DNA of 64,000 bases from Solirubrobacteraceae bacterium (GTDB taxonomy: Bacteria > Actinomycetota > Thermoleophilia > Solirubrobacterales > Solirubrobacteraceae), in assembly GCA_036267655.1 (NCBI GenBank), contig DATAVP010000029.1, forward strand, positions 32,151 to 96,150. The letters run 5' to 3'. The notes below the pieces were generated by a model, which did not search any database, was not told the DNA's origin, and saw only the letters and a list, made by a program, of their open reading frames with translations. Positions 9,729 through 19,636 of the stretch are shown here, in pieces. A program made the translations under genes and the position numbers. Position 1 is the first letter of the stretch; each line of letters opens with the position of its first letter.

Positions 9729-10703
9729 TCAGGCGCGACGATCGGCGGGTCTGAGCTCGGGAGCCTCGCGCTTGGCGTGCACGTCGTAAGCCTCGACGAT
9801 TCGCTGGACGAGCTTGTGACGCACCACGTCCGCCCCGCCGAAGCGAACGAACTCGATCCCCTCGATCTCCTCGAGCACGTCACCGACGACGACCAGCCCC
9901 GAGCGTTGGTCGCGTGGAAGGTCGACCTGGGTGACGTCCCCCGTGACCACCATCTTCGAGCCGAATCCGAGCCGCGTCAGGAACATCTTCATCTGCTCCG
10001 GCGTGGTGTTCTGGGCCTCGTCGAGGATCACGAACGAGTCGTTCAGCGTGCGCCCGCGCATGAACGCCAGCGGCGCGATCTCGATCACGCCACGCTCGAT
10101 GTGCTGAGACACCTTCTCGGGGTCGAGCATGTCGTGCAGAGCATCGAACAGCGGGCGCAGATAAGGGTCGACCTTGGCCATCAGATCGCCGGGGAGGAAG
10201 CCGAGCCGCTCGCCCGCCTCGACCGCTGGTCGAGTGAGGATGATCCGATTGACCTCGTGGCGCGAGAGCGCCGCCGCGGCCATTGCCACGGCCAGAAACG
10301 TCTTGCCTGTGCCGGCAGGGCCGACGCCGAAGGTCACGGTGTTGCTTCGCACCGAGTCGACGTAGCGCTTCTGGTTAACGGTCTTCGGCGCGACGCGCAG
10401 CCCGCGATGGCGCCAGACGACGTCCTCGAGCACGCGCGCGGGCGACTCGTGCGCATCGAGCGCACCCGTCACCGCGGCGATCGTGCCGGGGCCGATCTGA
10501 TGTCCGCGCGCGATCAGCTCCGAGAGCTCGCGCACGACGCGCTCGCCCGCGTGCGTCTCGCCCTCCTCGCCGTCGAAGGTCAAGACGTTGCCTCGCAGGA
10601 AGACCTTGCAGTCCAGGTGCGCCTGCAGCGCACGCAGCACCGCGTCCTGACTACCCGCCAGCTCGACGGCAACGTCGTTGGGGAGCTCGACCTGCGTCCT
10701 CAT
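9729..10703 (-). CDS. phoH: PhoH-like ATPase
   Basis: GPAGTGKT, RPAVEAGERLGFLPGD, MRGRTL, DEAQN, VVRH. Confidence 0.95.
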   Translation of the reverse strand: MRTQVELPNDVAVELAGSQDAVLRALQAHLDCKVFLRGNVLTFDGEEGETHAGERVVRELSELIARGHQIGPGTIAAVTGALDAHESPARVLEDVVWRHRGLRVAPKTVNQKRYVDSVRSNTVTFGVGPAGTGKTFLAVAMAAAALSRHEVNRIILTRPAVEAGERLGFLPGDLMAKVDPYLRPLFDALHDMLDPEKVSQHIERGVIEIAPLAFMRGRTLNDSFVILDEAQNTTPEQMKMFLTRLGFGSKMVVTGDVTQVDLPRDQRSGLVVVGDVLEEIEGIEFVRFGGADVVRHKLVQRIVEAYDVHAKREAPELRPADRRA

Positions 10704-11131
10704 CCCTGCAGGGACGCCCTCACCAGTCCGGAGACGCGCTTGCCGTCGGCGCGGCCGTCCACGATGGCCATCGCCTGCTTCATCGCCTGCCCCATGTCCT
10801 TTGCCGACTGGGCTCCGCTGTCGCGCACGGCCTGCTCGACGATCGCCTGCAGCTCGGACTCGGAGAGCTCGGCGGGCAGATAGGCGCCGATCAGCTCCGC
10901 CTCGGCCTCCTCGCCCACGGCGAGATCTTCGCGTCCGGCCTCCCGATAGGCGCGGGCGGCCTCCAGGCGGCGCTTGCGCTCGCGACGCAGCACGGCCAGC
11001 TCGTCGTCGGAGCCCTCCTTGACGGCCTTCTGCAACTCGGACAGCACGAGGCGAAGGGCGCCGACGCGTTCCTTCTCACCCGCGCGCATCGCCCCCTGCA
11101 GATCTGTCTTGATCTGATCGGCTATTGCCAT
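10700..11131 (-). CDS. GatB/YqeY domain protein
   Basis: MAIADQIKTDLQGAMRAG...AYLPAELS...KDMGQAMK...GRADGKRVS; start reassigned to ATG 11131. Confidence 0.9.
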   Translation of the reverse strand: MAIADQIKTDLQGAMRAGEKERVGALRLVLSELQKAVKEGSDDELAVLRRERKRRLEAARAYREAGREDLAVGEEAEAELIGAYLPAELSESELQAIVEQAVRDSGAQSAKDMGQAMKQAMAIVDGRADGKRVSGLVRASLQG

Positions 11132-11251
11132 CCCCAACTCAGGATACGCGCGTCGGACGATGATCGGGGCGATTGGCCACGAATAAGGGCTCCAATCCCG
11201 CCCGACGCTCGAGGTCGCGACGCGGGGCCGCGACAGAATAAGGTGCGGCAG

Positions 11252-12397
11252 GTGGACCATTCGCTCTACGCAGAAGCCCTGGCGCCGTTCCTGTCGGAGG
11301 TCGAGCGGCTGCGCCCGGCAAACGCAGAAGTGATTGACGCGCACACGCACCTCGGGCTCGACGAGGACGGGCGCTCCCTGACGCTGGCCCAACTGCTCGA
11401 GCAACTCGATGCCGCAGATGCGCGGCGAGCGTGCGTGTTCCCGCTGCACGACCCCGATCGCCACCCTTCCTACCAACTGCCCAACGACCGAGTGCTGGGC
11501 TGGGCCGGTGAAAGCGAAGGACGGCTCGTGCCCTTCTGCCGCCTGGACCCGGCGGAAGAGCCGGCCGTCGAGGCCGAACGCTGCCTGGCCGCCGGAGCGC
11601 GAGGGATCAAGCTGCATCCACGGGCGCAGGCCTTTCAGTTCGACGGGCCCGAGATGGAGGAGGTGTTCGCGATCGCCGAACGGGCCTCCGTACCGATCCT
11701 GATCCACGCCGGGCGCGGGCTCCCGCCGCTGGCCGAGGGCCTCGTCGCGCTCGCGCTGCGCCACCCGGGAGCGACGCTGATCCTCGCCCACGGGGCGATC
11801 TGCGACCAGGGCATCCTCACGACGCGTCTGGCCGAGCACCCCGGCGTGCTCTATGACATCTCCTGCTTCTTCCCGCTCGATGTGATCGAGCTGTTCGCGC
11901 GCGTACCCGCGGAGCGCATCGTGTTTGCCTCCGACCCGCCCTACGGCCTGCCCGCGACGACGCTCTATCTGGCGCTGCGCATCGCACAGCAGGCCGGACT
12001 TGATGAGGCAACCACGAAGGCGATGCTCGGCGGCACAATGGCCTCGCTGATCGACGGCGAAGCTCTGCCGCCCGTCTCCCCGCCGCGCCGCGGACCATCG
12101 ATCACCCTGTCGGGTCGCCTCGCGCGCGTGTATGGCTACGCGAGCCTCGTCGGCCCGGCGCTGTTCACGGGAGTTGCCGAGCAGGCTCAGGCTATGCTCG
12201 AAATGGCGCTGGCCGCTTGCCGCGATCCTGACCCCGGGAGCGACGGCGAGGCGCTTGAGACAATCGGCGGGGCACTTTCGGCTGCGGGCACGCTGGTCGG
12301 CGAAGAGGATGGGCTACGCGCCTCGATCGACCTCGTCTATCGCGCGATCGTGCGTGCGGCCACAGAGATGGCCGACGCCGAGATCCAGCCCGCCTAG
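11252..12397 (+). CDS. Amidohydrolase_2 family protein with C-terminal helical extension
   Basis: IDAHTHLG, GIKLHP, LIHAG, ILAHG, FASDPPY; TAAGGT 7 nt before GTG 11252. Confidence 0.85.
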   Translation: MDHSLYAEALAPFLSEVERLRPANAEVIDAHTHLGLDEDGRSLTLAQLLEQLDAADARRACVFPLHDPDRHPSYQLPNDRVLGWAGESEGRLVPFCRLDPAEEPAVEAERCLAAGARGIKLHPRAQAFQFDGPEMEEVFAIAERASVPILIHAGRGLPPLAEGLVALALRHPGATLILAHGAICDQGILTTRLAEHPGVLYDISCFFPLDVIELFARVPAERIVFASDPPYGLPATTLYLALRIAQQAGLDEATTKAMLGGTMASLIDGEALPPVSPPRRGPSITLSGRLARVYGYASLVGPALFTGVAEQAQAMLEMALAACRDPDPGSDGEALETIGGALSAAGTLVGEEDGLRASIDLVYRAIVRAATEMADAEIQPA

Positions 12398-12423
12398 CGG
12401 GTAGCCGAGCGCCGGTGCGTCGC

Positions 12424-12444
12424 CTGCAGCTCGGCGAGCTGCAG
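12424..12444. terminator. Hairpin between convergent genes
   Basis: CTGCAGCTC-ggc-GAGCTGCAG. Confidence 0.4.
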
Positions 12445-12497
12445 CTCGCCCTGCCAAGCCGACGGCAAACGCTGCCGCATGCCGGCCTGGCTGCGCC

Positions 12498-13397
12498 TCA
12501 CGCGGCGCTCAGCCAGAGCGCAGCCCACTCCCCGCGCTCGAGCCGACGACGCTCGCGGAGTGCGAAGCGTGCCGCGAACGCCTCGGCAACCTGATCGGCC
12601 TGCTCGACCAGCAGTCCGCTCGCGATCAGCTGTGCCGGCGCACGCTTCATCGTGCGCGCCAGCTCGAGCAGCAGCGGCAGCAGCAGGTTCGCCAGCACGA
12701 CCACCCCGGCACGATCGCCTGCGGAGGGATCGGGCCACGGAAGCTCCTGCCTGCGCAGGTCGAAGCGCTCGACGGTCATCTCGACTCGGTTGACGGCGGC
12801 ATTCTCGCGCGCAGCCTCGACGCTCTCGACCTCGTGATCGAGTGCGAGCACCGGTGCGAAGCCAAGCCGCGCCGCGGCGATCGCGAGCACACCCGAGCCG
12901 CACCCGACGTCGAGCACCGGAGCGCCCGCAAGCCCGGCAGCCGCGAGCTCCAGCAGCAGCTCCAGGCACATGTGCGTCGTGGCATGTGCCCCGGTGCCGA
13001 ACGCTTGACCGGGATCGAGCACGATCTCCTCGACGCGACCCTCGCCCCCCGGGCTTGCGAGCTCCCAAGGGGGACGTATGTGAAGCGCGGGCACCCGGCC
13101 TGCGGAATCGCCGCCGGCTTGGCTTGGCGGATCGATCAGAACCGGGCGATGGAACTGGCGCCAGCGCTCCTGCCAGTCATCGGCCGTCTCGCTGGTCGAG
13201 ATCTCAACGAGCGCGTCGCCCGCCGCCGCCCTGAGATCCGGCAGGCTCGGGAGCTCGCCGGACGCACCGTAGACCGCGTACTCGATCAGCCCCTCCCCCA
13301 CCTCGGCCTCCTCGACTCCGGCCGGCGCGAGCTCGAGCAGTTCGGCGAGCACCAGCTCTGCCTGGTCTCGACGCACCCGAACGGCGAGGCGAATCAC
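12498..13397 (-). CDS. prmA: Ribosomal protein L11 methyltransferase
   Basis: [26 protein letters not shown]; follows dnaJ. Confidence 0.93.
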   Translation of the reverse strand: MIRLAVRVRRDQAELVLAELLELAPAGVEEAEVGEGLIEYAVYGASGELPSLPDLRAAAGDALVEISTSETADDWQERWRQFHRPVLIDPPSQAGGDSAGRVPALHIRPPWELASPGGEGRVEEIVLDPGQAFGTGAHATTHMCLELLLELAAAGLAGAPVLDVGCGSGVLAIAAARLGFAPVLALDHEVESVEAARENAAVNRVEMTVERFDLRRQELPWPDPSAGDRAGVVVLANLLLPLLLELARTMKRAPAQLIASGLLVEQADQVAEAFAARFALRERRRLERGEWAALWLSAA

Positions 13398-14521
13398 GCA
13401 GCCTGACTGCCCAGCGCGCGGCGCAGCTTGGCGAACATCGATTCCTCCGAGCGGAGGTTCTCCTCGGTCAGCGTTCCGCTCAGTTGCTCGAGCAGCGCAC
13501 GCTGCTCGTCGCTGAGGCGACGCGGGATCACAACGTTCACCACCACCCGCAGATTCCCGCGTCGACTCCGTCCCAGCGAAGGCATCCCCTCGCCGCGGAT
13601 CGTCAGCACCTCGCCGGGCTGCGTGCCGGGCGAGAGCTCGATCGAGGCGCTGCCCTCGAGCGTCGGCACCTCCAGCGTGCTGCCGAGCGCCGCCAGCGGA
13701 GCCGGGACGTCGAGTGCCGTGATCAGATCATCGCCTTCACGGACGAAGCGCTTGTCCTCCTGGACGCGAACCAGCACGTAGAGGTCGCCGGGCTGCGCGC
13801 CGAGTTCGCCCGCGTGCCCACGCCCGCTCAGGCGAAGACGCTGCCCGTTCGCGATGCCCGCCGGGACGTCCACGTCGATCTTGCGCTTGGCCGCCCGGCG
13901 ACCCCTGCCACGACAGTCGCGACAGGGCTGCTCGGGCACGCGGCCATCGCCCTGGCAGACGTCGCACGCGACCGTACGAACCATCTGACCGAAGGGGGTG
14001 CGCGTCGCGGCCTGCAACTGGCCCGCGCCGCCGCAGCGCTCGCAGGTCTTGATCGGCGTCCCCGGCTCGGCGCCGTTGCCGTGACAGTGCTCGCATCGGT
14101 CGATCGCCTCGTAGCTGACCTCGACCTGAGCTCCGTGTGCGGCTTCGAGCATGTCGATCTCCACGGCCACCGCGACGTCGCCGCCCGGCGCCGGACCGGC
14201 CCGTCCGCCGAACGACCCTCCCGCGCTACCGCCGAAGAACGCCTCGAACAGGTCGCCGATCGAGCCGAAGGAGTCGAAGTTGGGCGAGTAGCCGCCCGAG
14301 CGAAGGCCTTCGTGCCCGTAGCGATCGTAGGTCGCGCGCCGTTCCTCATCGGAGAGGATCTCGTACGCCTCGGCAGCCTCCTTGAACTTCTCCTCGGCGT
14401 CGGGGTCGTGCGCGTTGACGTCCGGATGCAGCTCGCGCGCGAGCTGCCGAAAGGCTTTCTTGATCTGCTCGGCCGAGGCATCGCGCTCGACGCCCAAGAC
14501 CTCGTAGGGATCGCGCGGCAC
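13394..14521 (-). CDS. dnaJ: Chaperone DnaJ
   Basis: [12 protein letters not shown], four CxxCxGxG repeats; start GTG 14521 just after the hrcA stop. Confidence 0.96.
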   Translation of the reverse strand: MPRDPYEVLGVERDASAEQIKKAFRQLARELHPDVNAHDPDAEEKFKEAAEAYEILSDEERRATYDRYGHEGLRSGGYSPNFDSFGSIGDLFEAFFGGSAGGSFGGRAGPAPGGDVAVAVEIDMLEAAHGAQVEVSYEAIDRCEHCHGNGAEPGTPIKTCERCGGAGQLQAATRTPFGQMVRTVACDVCQGDGRVPEQPCRDCRGRGRRAAKRKIDVDVPAGIANGQRLRLSGRGHAGELGAQPGDLYVLVRVQEDKRFVREGDDLITALDVPAPLAALGSTLEVPTLEGSASIELSPGTQPGEVLTIRGEGMPSLGRSRRGNLRVVVNVVIPRRLSDEQRALLEQLSGTLTEENLRSEESMFAKLRRALGSQAA

Positions 14522-14531
14522 GCTCGTAGCG

Positions 14532-15560
14532 TCAGTTCTCGGCATAGGCATCTTCGACAAAGCGCGAGAGCTCGTGCGCAGCCTCGCGCACGGTCACGAT
14601 CGCCCCCGCATAGTCCATCCGCACAGGGCCAATCACCGACACGGCCCCGAGCTTGCGCTGAGCGATCCCGTAGCCAGTGGCGACCAGGGCGAGCGAGCGC
14701 ATCGCCGGAATCTCGTTCTCGTGTCCGATCCGCACGTACACACCCGACTCGCCGAGTGCCGTGCGCAGCACCTGCAACAGAGAGACGCGGCGCTCGAGCA
14801 GCCCCACGAGCCCCTGAAGCTGGGTCGCATCCTCGATCTGACCGGCGGAGAACAGGCGCGCGGTGCCGTCGACGTACAGCTCATCCTCGGCCTCTGAGGC
14901 GAGATCCCCAAAGGCCGGCACGAGCCGCTCGAGAAACGCCACCTCGACAGCCGACAGGCTCGGATCGCTCAGGCGCTGCTGCAGCATCCGCGCGCCCAGG
15001 CCGTAGCCCACCAGGCGCTCGCGCAGATACTCGCCGGCCCAGGCCAGCAGGCCCGGGTCGACAGGCCGATCGAACGTGGCAAACAGCTTTGAGACCCCGC
15101 CGGTCGAGGTGATCACCACGAGCATCACGACCTCTGGCTGAAGTGTCAGGACCTCGATGTGGCGGATCGTGGTCGAGTTCAGCGACGGCGCCGAGACCAC
15201 CGCGAGCAGGTTGGTCATCTGCGAGAGCGTCTCTGAGGTGGCGCGCATCGCCTCCTCTATCTCACGCCGGATCAGCGAGAGCTCGAGCCGACGGCGCACC
15301 TCAAGGCCCTGCCCCGAATCGAGCATTCGATCGACCACGTAGCGGTGACCCGAATCCGTTGGAACCCGCCCCGCCGACACGTGTGGATGCGCAAGCAGAC
15401 CCTGCTCCTCGAGCAGCGCGAGTTCGTTGCGAACCGTCGATGGTCCGCAGTCGAAATCGGGATCGGCGGCGATCGACCGTGAGGCGACCGGCTGCCCGGT
15501 TCGCAGGTAGTCGTCCACCACCTTGCACAGGATCTGCTCCTGGCGAGAGGTGAGCATCAT
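14532..15560 (-). CDS. hrcA: Heat-inducible transcription repressor HrcA
   Basis: [41 protein letters not shown]; start ATG 15560 or 15557. Confidence 0.95.
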   Translation of the reverse strand: MMLTSRQEQILCKVVDDYLRTGQPVASRSIAADPDFDCGPSTVRNELALLEEQGLLAHPHVSAGRVPTDSGHRYVVDRMLDSGQGLEVRRRLELSLIRREIEEAMRATSETLSQMTNLLAVVSAPSLNSTTIRHIEVLTLQPEVVMLVVITSTGGVSKLFATFDRPVDPGLLAWAGEYLRERLVGYGLGARMLQQRLSDPSLSAVEVAFLERLVPAFGDLASEAEDELYVDGTARLFSAGQIEDATQLQGLVGLLERRVSLLQVLRTALGESGVYVRIGHENEIPAMRSLALVATGYGIAQRKLGAVSVIGPVRMDYAGAIVTVREAAHELSRFVEDAYAEN

Positions 15561-15606
15561 CCAATTGTAGGCTGCGACTCGACGCCCAGACGGTCGTCCA
15601 GGGCGC

Positions 15607-15996
15607 TCAGAGCTCGATCTCGGCCTCGGCGTTTCGGATGATCTGCTTGCCGTCCTGTTCAGCCACGGTGTCGACGAGCGCACGGCCGTCGCCCGCCTCG
15701 CGCACCGTGCCCGTCACGACGACCTCTTGCTCGGGCACGCCCATGCCACGGAACTGAACGCTCAATCGCTTCAGCTGAGCCGGTCCACCGGCCGCCTCGG
15801 TCTGCGCGCGAGCCACCTGCGCCATCGTCCACAGACCGTGCAGGATCCTCCCGGGCAGGCCCACCGCACGAGCGAACTCCTCATCGATGTGGATCGGATT
15901 GAAATCGCCCGATGCACCGGCGTAGCGATTCGTCAGGTACTTGTCCGGCGTGACGCTCACCTGCGGGATCTGCTCTCCAGTCTTCAGCTCACTCAT
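15607..15996 (-). CDS. MaoC-like (R)-hydratase/dehydratase (HadB-like)
   Basis: YAGASGDFNPIH hydratase motif, ILHG. Confidence 0.88.
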   Translation of the reverse strand: MSELKTGEQIPQVSVTPDKYLTNRYAGASGDFNPIHIDEEFARAVGLPGRILHGLWTMAQVARAQTEAAGGPAQLKRLSVQFRGMGVPEQEVVVTGTVREAGDGRALVDTVAEQDGKQIIRNAEAEIEL

Positions 15997-16001
15997 CGGT
16001 T

Positions 16002-16442
16002 TCACACTCCCCGCACGATGTTGGTCCAGGTACCGCGGCAGACCTGCTCGCCGCGCTGATTGATCGAGATCGACTCGAACACATAGAAGCCGCGCCCGTC
16101 CGCTTCGGAGATGTCCTTGACGCTCGCGGTGGTCGAGACCTCATCCCCGGCCACGACCACCGGCCCCCACTCGAACTCCTGGCCACCGTGCACCATCATC
16201 GCGAAGTTGAGCTCGATCTCGGGATCGAAGATCGGCGGCCCGACCGCGGGAGCGCTGTAGACGACCGCGAACATCGGTGGCGCCACGACGTCGGCGAAGC
16301 CCGCGGCACGGGCAGCCTCGACGTCAAGGTGCAGCGGGTTCGTCTCGCCGACGGCACGGGCGTACTCCTTGATCTTCTCTCTGCCCACGGCATACACCAC
16401 GGGCTCATAGGTCTTGCCGATCGCTTGCTTGTTGACGGGCAC
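16002..16442 (-). CDS. MaoC-N/FAS1-like dehydratase partner (HadA-like)
   Basis: VGREKIKEYARAVG...APPMF...VHGGQEF; AAGGAG RBS before GTG 16442. Confidence 0.85.
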   Translation of the reverse strand: MPVNKQAIGKTYEPVVYAVGREKIKEYARAVGETNPLHLDVEAARAAGFADVVAPPMFAVVYSAPAVGPPIFDPEIELNFAMMVHGGQEFEWGPVVVAGDEVSTTASVKDISEADGRGFYVFESISINQRGEQVCRGTWTNIVRGV

Positions 16443-16592
16443 TTGACTCCTTGAGGTCTGAGGCCGGACTGAACTCTGAAGTGGGGCTGGCTGGCGCGCC
16501 AGTTTACGCACAGGCCGCGCTTTGGGGCGATCCGCCGTAAACCCGAGCCCCCTTGTCGAAGGAGTTCATCTCGACGGCAACGGCGGTGGCGC

Positions 16593-16617
16593 CGCGGAAG
16601 CCCGGCCGGCTTCCGCG
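16593..16617 (-). terminator. GC hairpin downstream of ssb
   Basis: CGCGGAAGCC-cggcc-GGCTTCCGCG. Confidence 0.5.
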
Positions 16618-16632
16618 AACGCCGCACACCTC

Positions 16633-17064
16633 CTAGAAAGTGACGTCGAGCTCATCCCCCACGCCGACACCGACCAGCTCGCGGTCGCCGTCCTCATCAT
16701 CGCCCTCGCCATCCTCCGTCCGGCCGTTGGCGCCGTCGAGGAACTGAACGACGTCCGCGACGATGCTGACCGCCTGCCGACGCTGCTGCTCGGCGGTCTC
16801 CCACTCGCGCCACTCCAGCCGCCCGTCGATGCCGACGCGGCTGCCCTTTCGCGTGTAGCGGCTGACGCTGTCCGCCGTGACGCCAAAGACGGACACGTCG
16901 AAGTAGTTGGGCCGCTCGACCGCCTGGCCATCGTCATCGCGCCGACTTGCGTTGCATGCGATACGCAGGCTGCACACGCTCCGCCCTGAAGGGAGCGAGC
17001 GCAGCTCTGCGTCACGCGTCATACGGCCCACCAGGACAACTCGGTTGATCGTTATGTAGGACAT
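16633..17064 (-). CDS. ssb: Single-stranded DNA-binding protein (module-associated copy)
   Basis: INRVVLVGRMTRDAELR, YFDVSVFG, KGSRVGIDGRL, acidic tail ending ELDVTF. Confidence 0.92.
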   Translation of the reverse strand: MSYITINRVVLVGRMTRDAELRSLPSGRSVCSLRIACNASRRDDDGQAVERPNYFDVSVFGVTADSVSRYTRKGSRVGIDGRLEWREWETAEQQRRQAVSIVADVVQFLDGANGRTEDGEGDDEDGDRELVGVGVGDELDVTF

Positions 17065-17107
17065 TCTTGGGTCTCCGTGCTCGATGGTTGACCCCCCGCC
17101 AAGCAAG

Positions 17108-17839
17108 CTAGAGACCGCTTGGGATGCTTCGTGCGCTCGGGGCGCCCGCGGGTCCCTGGCCGAGCGCGCCGAGCGGCAGCACGACGATGCGCTCCTCGGC
17201 CTGTGCGGCGTGAATCGCTCGCAGTAGAGCCCGCTCGACCGGGGCAGGCGCCAGGTAGAGCACGCCGCCCACGTGGCGGGCTCGTGCCCAGGCGCGACAG
17301 ATCGCCCTCAGACGACTGGGCGCCTTGATCGTCAGCTCGACCTCGACCGCGATCGCGCCTCTTCCTTCCTCCGTGCTCGGCAAGACCGCGAGATCGGGTC
17401 GATGCATCAGCACACGCTCCGCCGACCAGGAGATCGCCGCGCTGGCCAGCGGTGCGCCGGCGCGGCGCTCACGCATCCGCAGCTCGCGCTCGCCGATCAC
17501 GATCTGGTCGGGATAGCGGCGATGGAGCTCGGCGGCCACAAGCGCACAGGCGATCATGTGCTCGGCACTGCCGGCGCTGACGCGACACGGCTCGATCCCG
17601 TCGACCCCTGCCGCGCGCATTCCACTGCGGGCCACGGTGTAGAGCGCCGGCCTGTCGAGCAGCAGACGATGCCGCCGGAGCAACCCGTCACGCTCTGCCG
17701 CACTCAGCCTGGCACGAGCTGAAGCGAGCGAGCTCGCATCGCGATACGCGAGGGCCTCCGCCGTCACCGCGCCGATTCCCGCGGCCCAACGCAGCAGCTC
17801 GACCCGCTCCGGCGAGCGAGGTCCGATACGGGGGCTCAT
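17108..17839 (-). CDS. Replic_Relax / MOBC-type relaxase-like PD-(D/E)XK protein
   Basis: N-terminal wHTH, then RPD-x16-EVELTIKAPSRL, resembling the MOBC motif D-x6-17-ExE[RL]xxKxxxRY; ATGA overlap with the upstream coupling-protein gene. Confidence 0.7.
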   Translation of the reverse strand: MSPRIGPRSPERVELLRWAAGIGAVTAEALAYRDASSLASARARLSAAERDGLLRRHRLLLDRPALYTVARSGMRAAGVDGIEPCRVSAGSAEHMIACALVAAELHRRYPDQIVIGERELRMRERRAGAPLASAAISWSAERVLMHRPDLAVLPSTEEGRGAIAVEVELTIKAPSRLRAICRAWARARHVGGVLYLAPAPVERALLRAIHAAQAEERIVVLPLGALGQGPAGAPSARSIPSGL

Positions 17840-19464
17840 CGCTGCACCTCCTCTCGCGGCGGAAAGACCTGCGCGATCTGCACACCAGTGGCATTCCCCA
17901 GCGTGACCGCCGCGAGCCACCCAGGTGGGAGCTGCATCAGCTCGGACGAGCCGAGCACGTTCTCACGCACTCGAGTGCGTGAGCTCCTTCCTCGATCCTG
18001 CTGCGTCGTGCGCCACGTCCCCCGAGTGCCGGTCAGGCTGCTGATCAGCTCCGCGGAGGCCGGCACGACCTGACGATGCGCGAGCAGCACGGTGAGGTTG
18101 CCGAGCACCTGCTCGAGCAGGTGCTCGCGCCCCGGCAGGCGCAGATCGGTCAGCTCCTGCGTGCTCAGCACGAGGCTCAGGCCCGCCGAGCGCGCACGAC
18201 CGAAAAGCCTCACGACGTTCTCGGCCGCAACGGCCGAGAACTCGTCAATGACCACGACCGTCGGCGTCGGATCGCCCTGCAGCTCAGCGACCGTCGTCAG
18301 CAGATCCTGAACGATCGCCGCCCCCAGCATCTGCATCAACAGCGGCCGCCTATCGGCGTCCAGATCGAAGTAGACGACCGCGCGCGCCCTTATGGCCTCC
18401 TGCAGGTCGAACCTGCCGCCCCGACCGTTCTCGGGGTCGAGCCAGGGGCCCAGGTCGGACTCGGCGAGGATTGCGAGGCGATCGCGCGCTCCCGCCAGGT
18501 CGCTGAGCTGACGCGTCGTCAGCGAGTCGAGGTACGCGTGCACAGGGCGTGCCGTCGACTCGGGAAGGCCGCGAGCCAGCACCTCGAGGGCCTCTGGATC
18601 GAGGCTGCTCACGATTGCGCGCAGGCTCACTTCCCCACCACTTGCTCGAAGCCCGCGGACGACATGCCCCAGGAACCGCTGCGCTTGGCGCAAATAGTGA
18701 GGCTCGGTGAAGCGCTCGCCCGCAAGCACCTTGTCCGCGATCTCGGTGTCGGTGCCACGGGCGAAGGGGTTGTAGACAGACGGGCCTTCTGCGGTCCAGA
18801 CGATCAGCTGCTTGCCTGCCCTCCGCGCGGCATCCGCAACGGCCTCGCGCATCGCACGATCACCCTTGGGGTCGATCACGACCGCGCCCATGCCGCGTTC
18901 GATCCCACGTGTGGCAAGCCAAGCCTGCGTTACGGTCTTGCCCGAGCCGGTCGCACCGACCAGCAGCGTGTGGGTGCCTCCGCGAGCGCCGCCGAAGGGG
19001 ATCGAGACGGACTTGCCGGTGCTCGTATGGCCGAGGATCAGCTCCCCACCACGAGACCAGCAGCGAACGCCGAGCCTCCCATTGCGATTCTTCGACAGGA
19101 GCCTGCGCAACAGGGACCACAGGGCCACGAGCGGAGTCCGCCTGAGCGCAGCGGCGCGTGCCAGATCGGCGCCGGCCTCGAGGTCTTCGCGGTGCCAGCG
19201 CCGACCCCTGAGAAGCGTGAACAGGACGGCGCATAGCGACGTCGAGGCCAAGCTGTGCGATACGGGTCGAAGTGGCAGGGCGAGCAGAGCCACAACCACG
19301 GTCCAGCCCCAGTGCAGACGCCCTGCGCGCATTGCGCGTGCCGCGAGAGCACCGAGCACGAAGCCGAGTAGAAGCTGGCCCGCGAAGCCCATCAGCAGGT
19401 GAATAGGTCTACCCAGTGTTAGTAGGTCGCCATCAGCGGCGAGCAGAGATTTCGGTCCGGACAT
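17836..19464 (-). CDS. VirD4/TraD/TrwB-type type IV coupling protein
   Basis: N-terminal TM helices, Walker A GATGSGKT, IDPKGD, YNPF, Walker B VVIDEFSA, RARSAG...STQ; AAGGA RBS before ATG 19464. Confidence 0.85.
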   Translation of the reverse strand: MSGPKSLLAADGDLLTLGRPIHLLMGFAGQLLLGFVLGALAARAMRAGRLHWGWTVVVALLALPLRPVSHSLASTSLCAVLFTLLRGRRWHREDLEAGADLARAAALRRTPLVALWSLLRRLLSKNRNGRLGVRCWSRGGELILGHTSTGKSVSIPFGGARGGTHTLLVGATGSGKTVTQAWLATRGIERGMGAVVIDPKGDRAMREAVADAARRAGKQLIVWTAEGPSVYNPFARGTDTEIADKVLAGERFTEPHYLRQAQRFLGHVVRGLRASGGEVSLRAIVSSLDPEALEVLARGLPESTARPVHAYLDSLTTRQLSDLAGARDRLAILAESDLGPWLDPENGRGGRFDLQEAIRARAVVYFDLDADRRPLLMQMLGAAIVQDLLTTVAELQGDPTPTVVVIDEFSAVAAENVVRLFGRARSAGLSLVLSTQELTDLRLPGREHLLEQVLGNLTVLLAHRQVVPASAELISSLTGTRGTWRTTQQDRGRSSRTRVRENVLGSSELMQLPPGWLAAVTLGNATGVQIAQVFPPREEVQR

Positions 19465-19549
19465 CAGGTCCTTCCTTTCTGAGCACAGGCGACGATCGGC
19501 CTCGACAGCCGAAGCCATGGCGGGTGCTCGTGGGCGGTCGTTAACGAGC

Positions 19550-19575
19550 GACGGCGGGCCATATGGCCCGCCGTC
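19550..19575. repeat. Perfect 26-bp palindrome
   Basis: GACGGCGGGCCAT|ATGGCCCGCCGTC. Confidence 0.9.
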
Positions 19576-19636
19576 TGGAAGTGGTGCTGGATGGCGGGCG
19601 AGCAGCCCGCCGTTAGTCAGTGCAACTCGATCTCGG

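Noticed and set aside
10700-11839. 379-aa YqeY ORF
   Set aside because: The upstream part overlaps the amidohydrolase on the other strand; the domain starts at 11131.
15561-15606. CIRCE element upstream of hrcA
   Set aside because: No TTAGCACTC-N9-GAGTGCTAA is visible.
16443-16632. attR-type duplication of the tRNA-Glu 3' end at the distal edge of the transfer module
   Set aside because: No match to GGTTCGAATCCCGGTAGCGGTA was found by eye, so the region was not called a mobile element.
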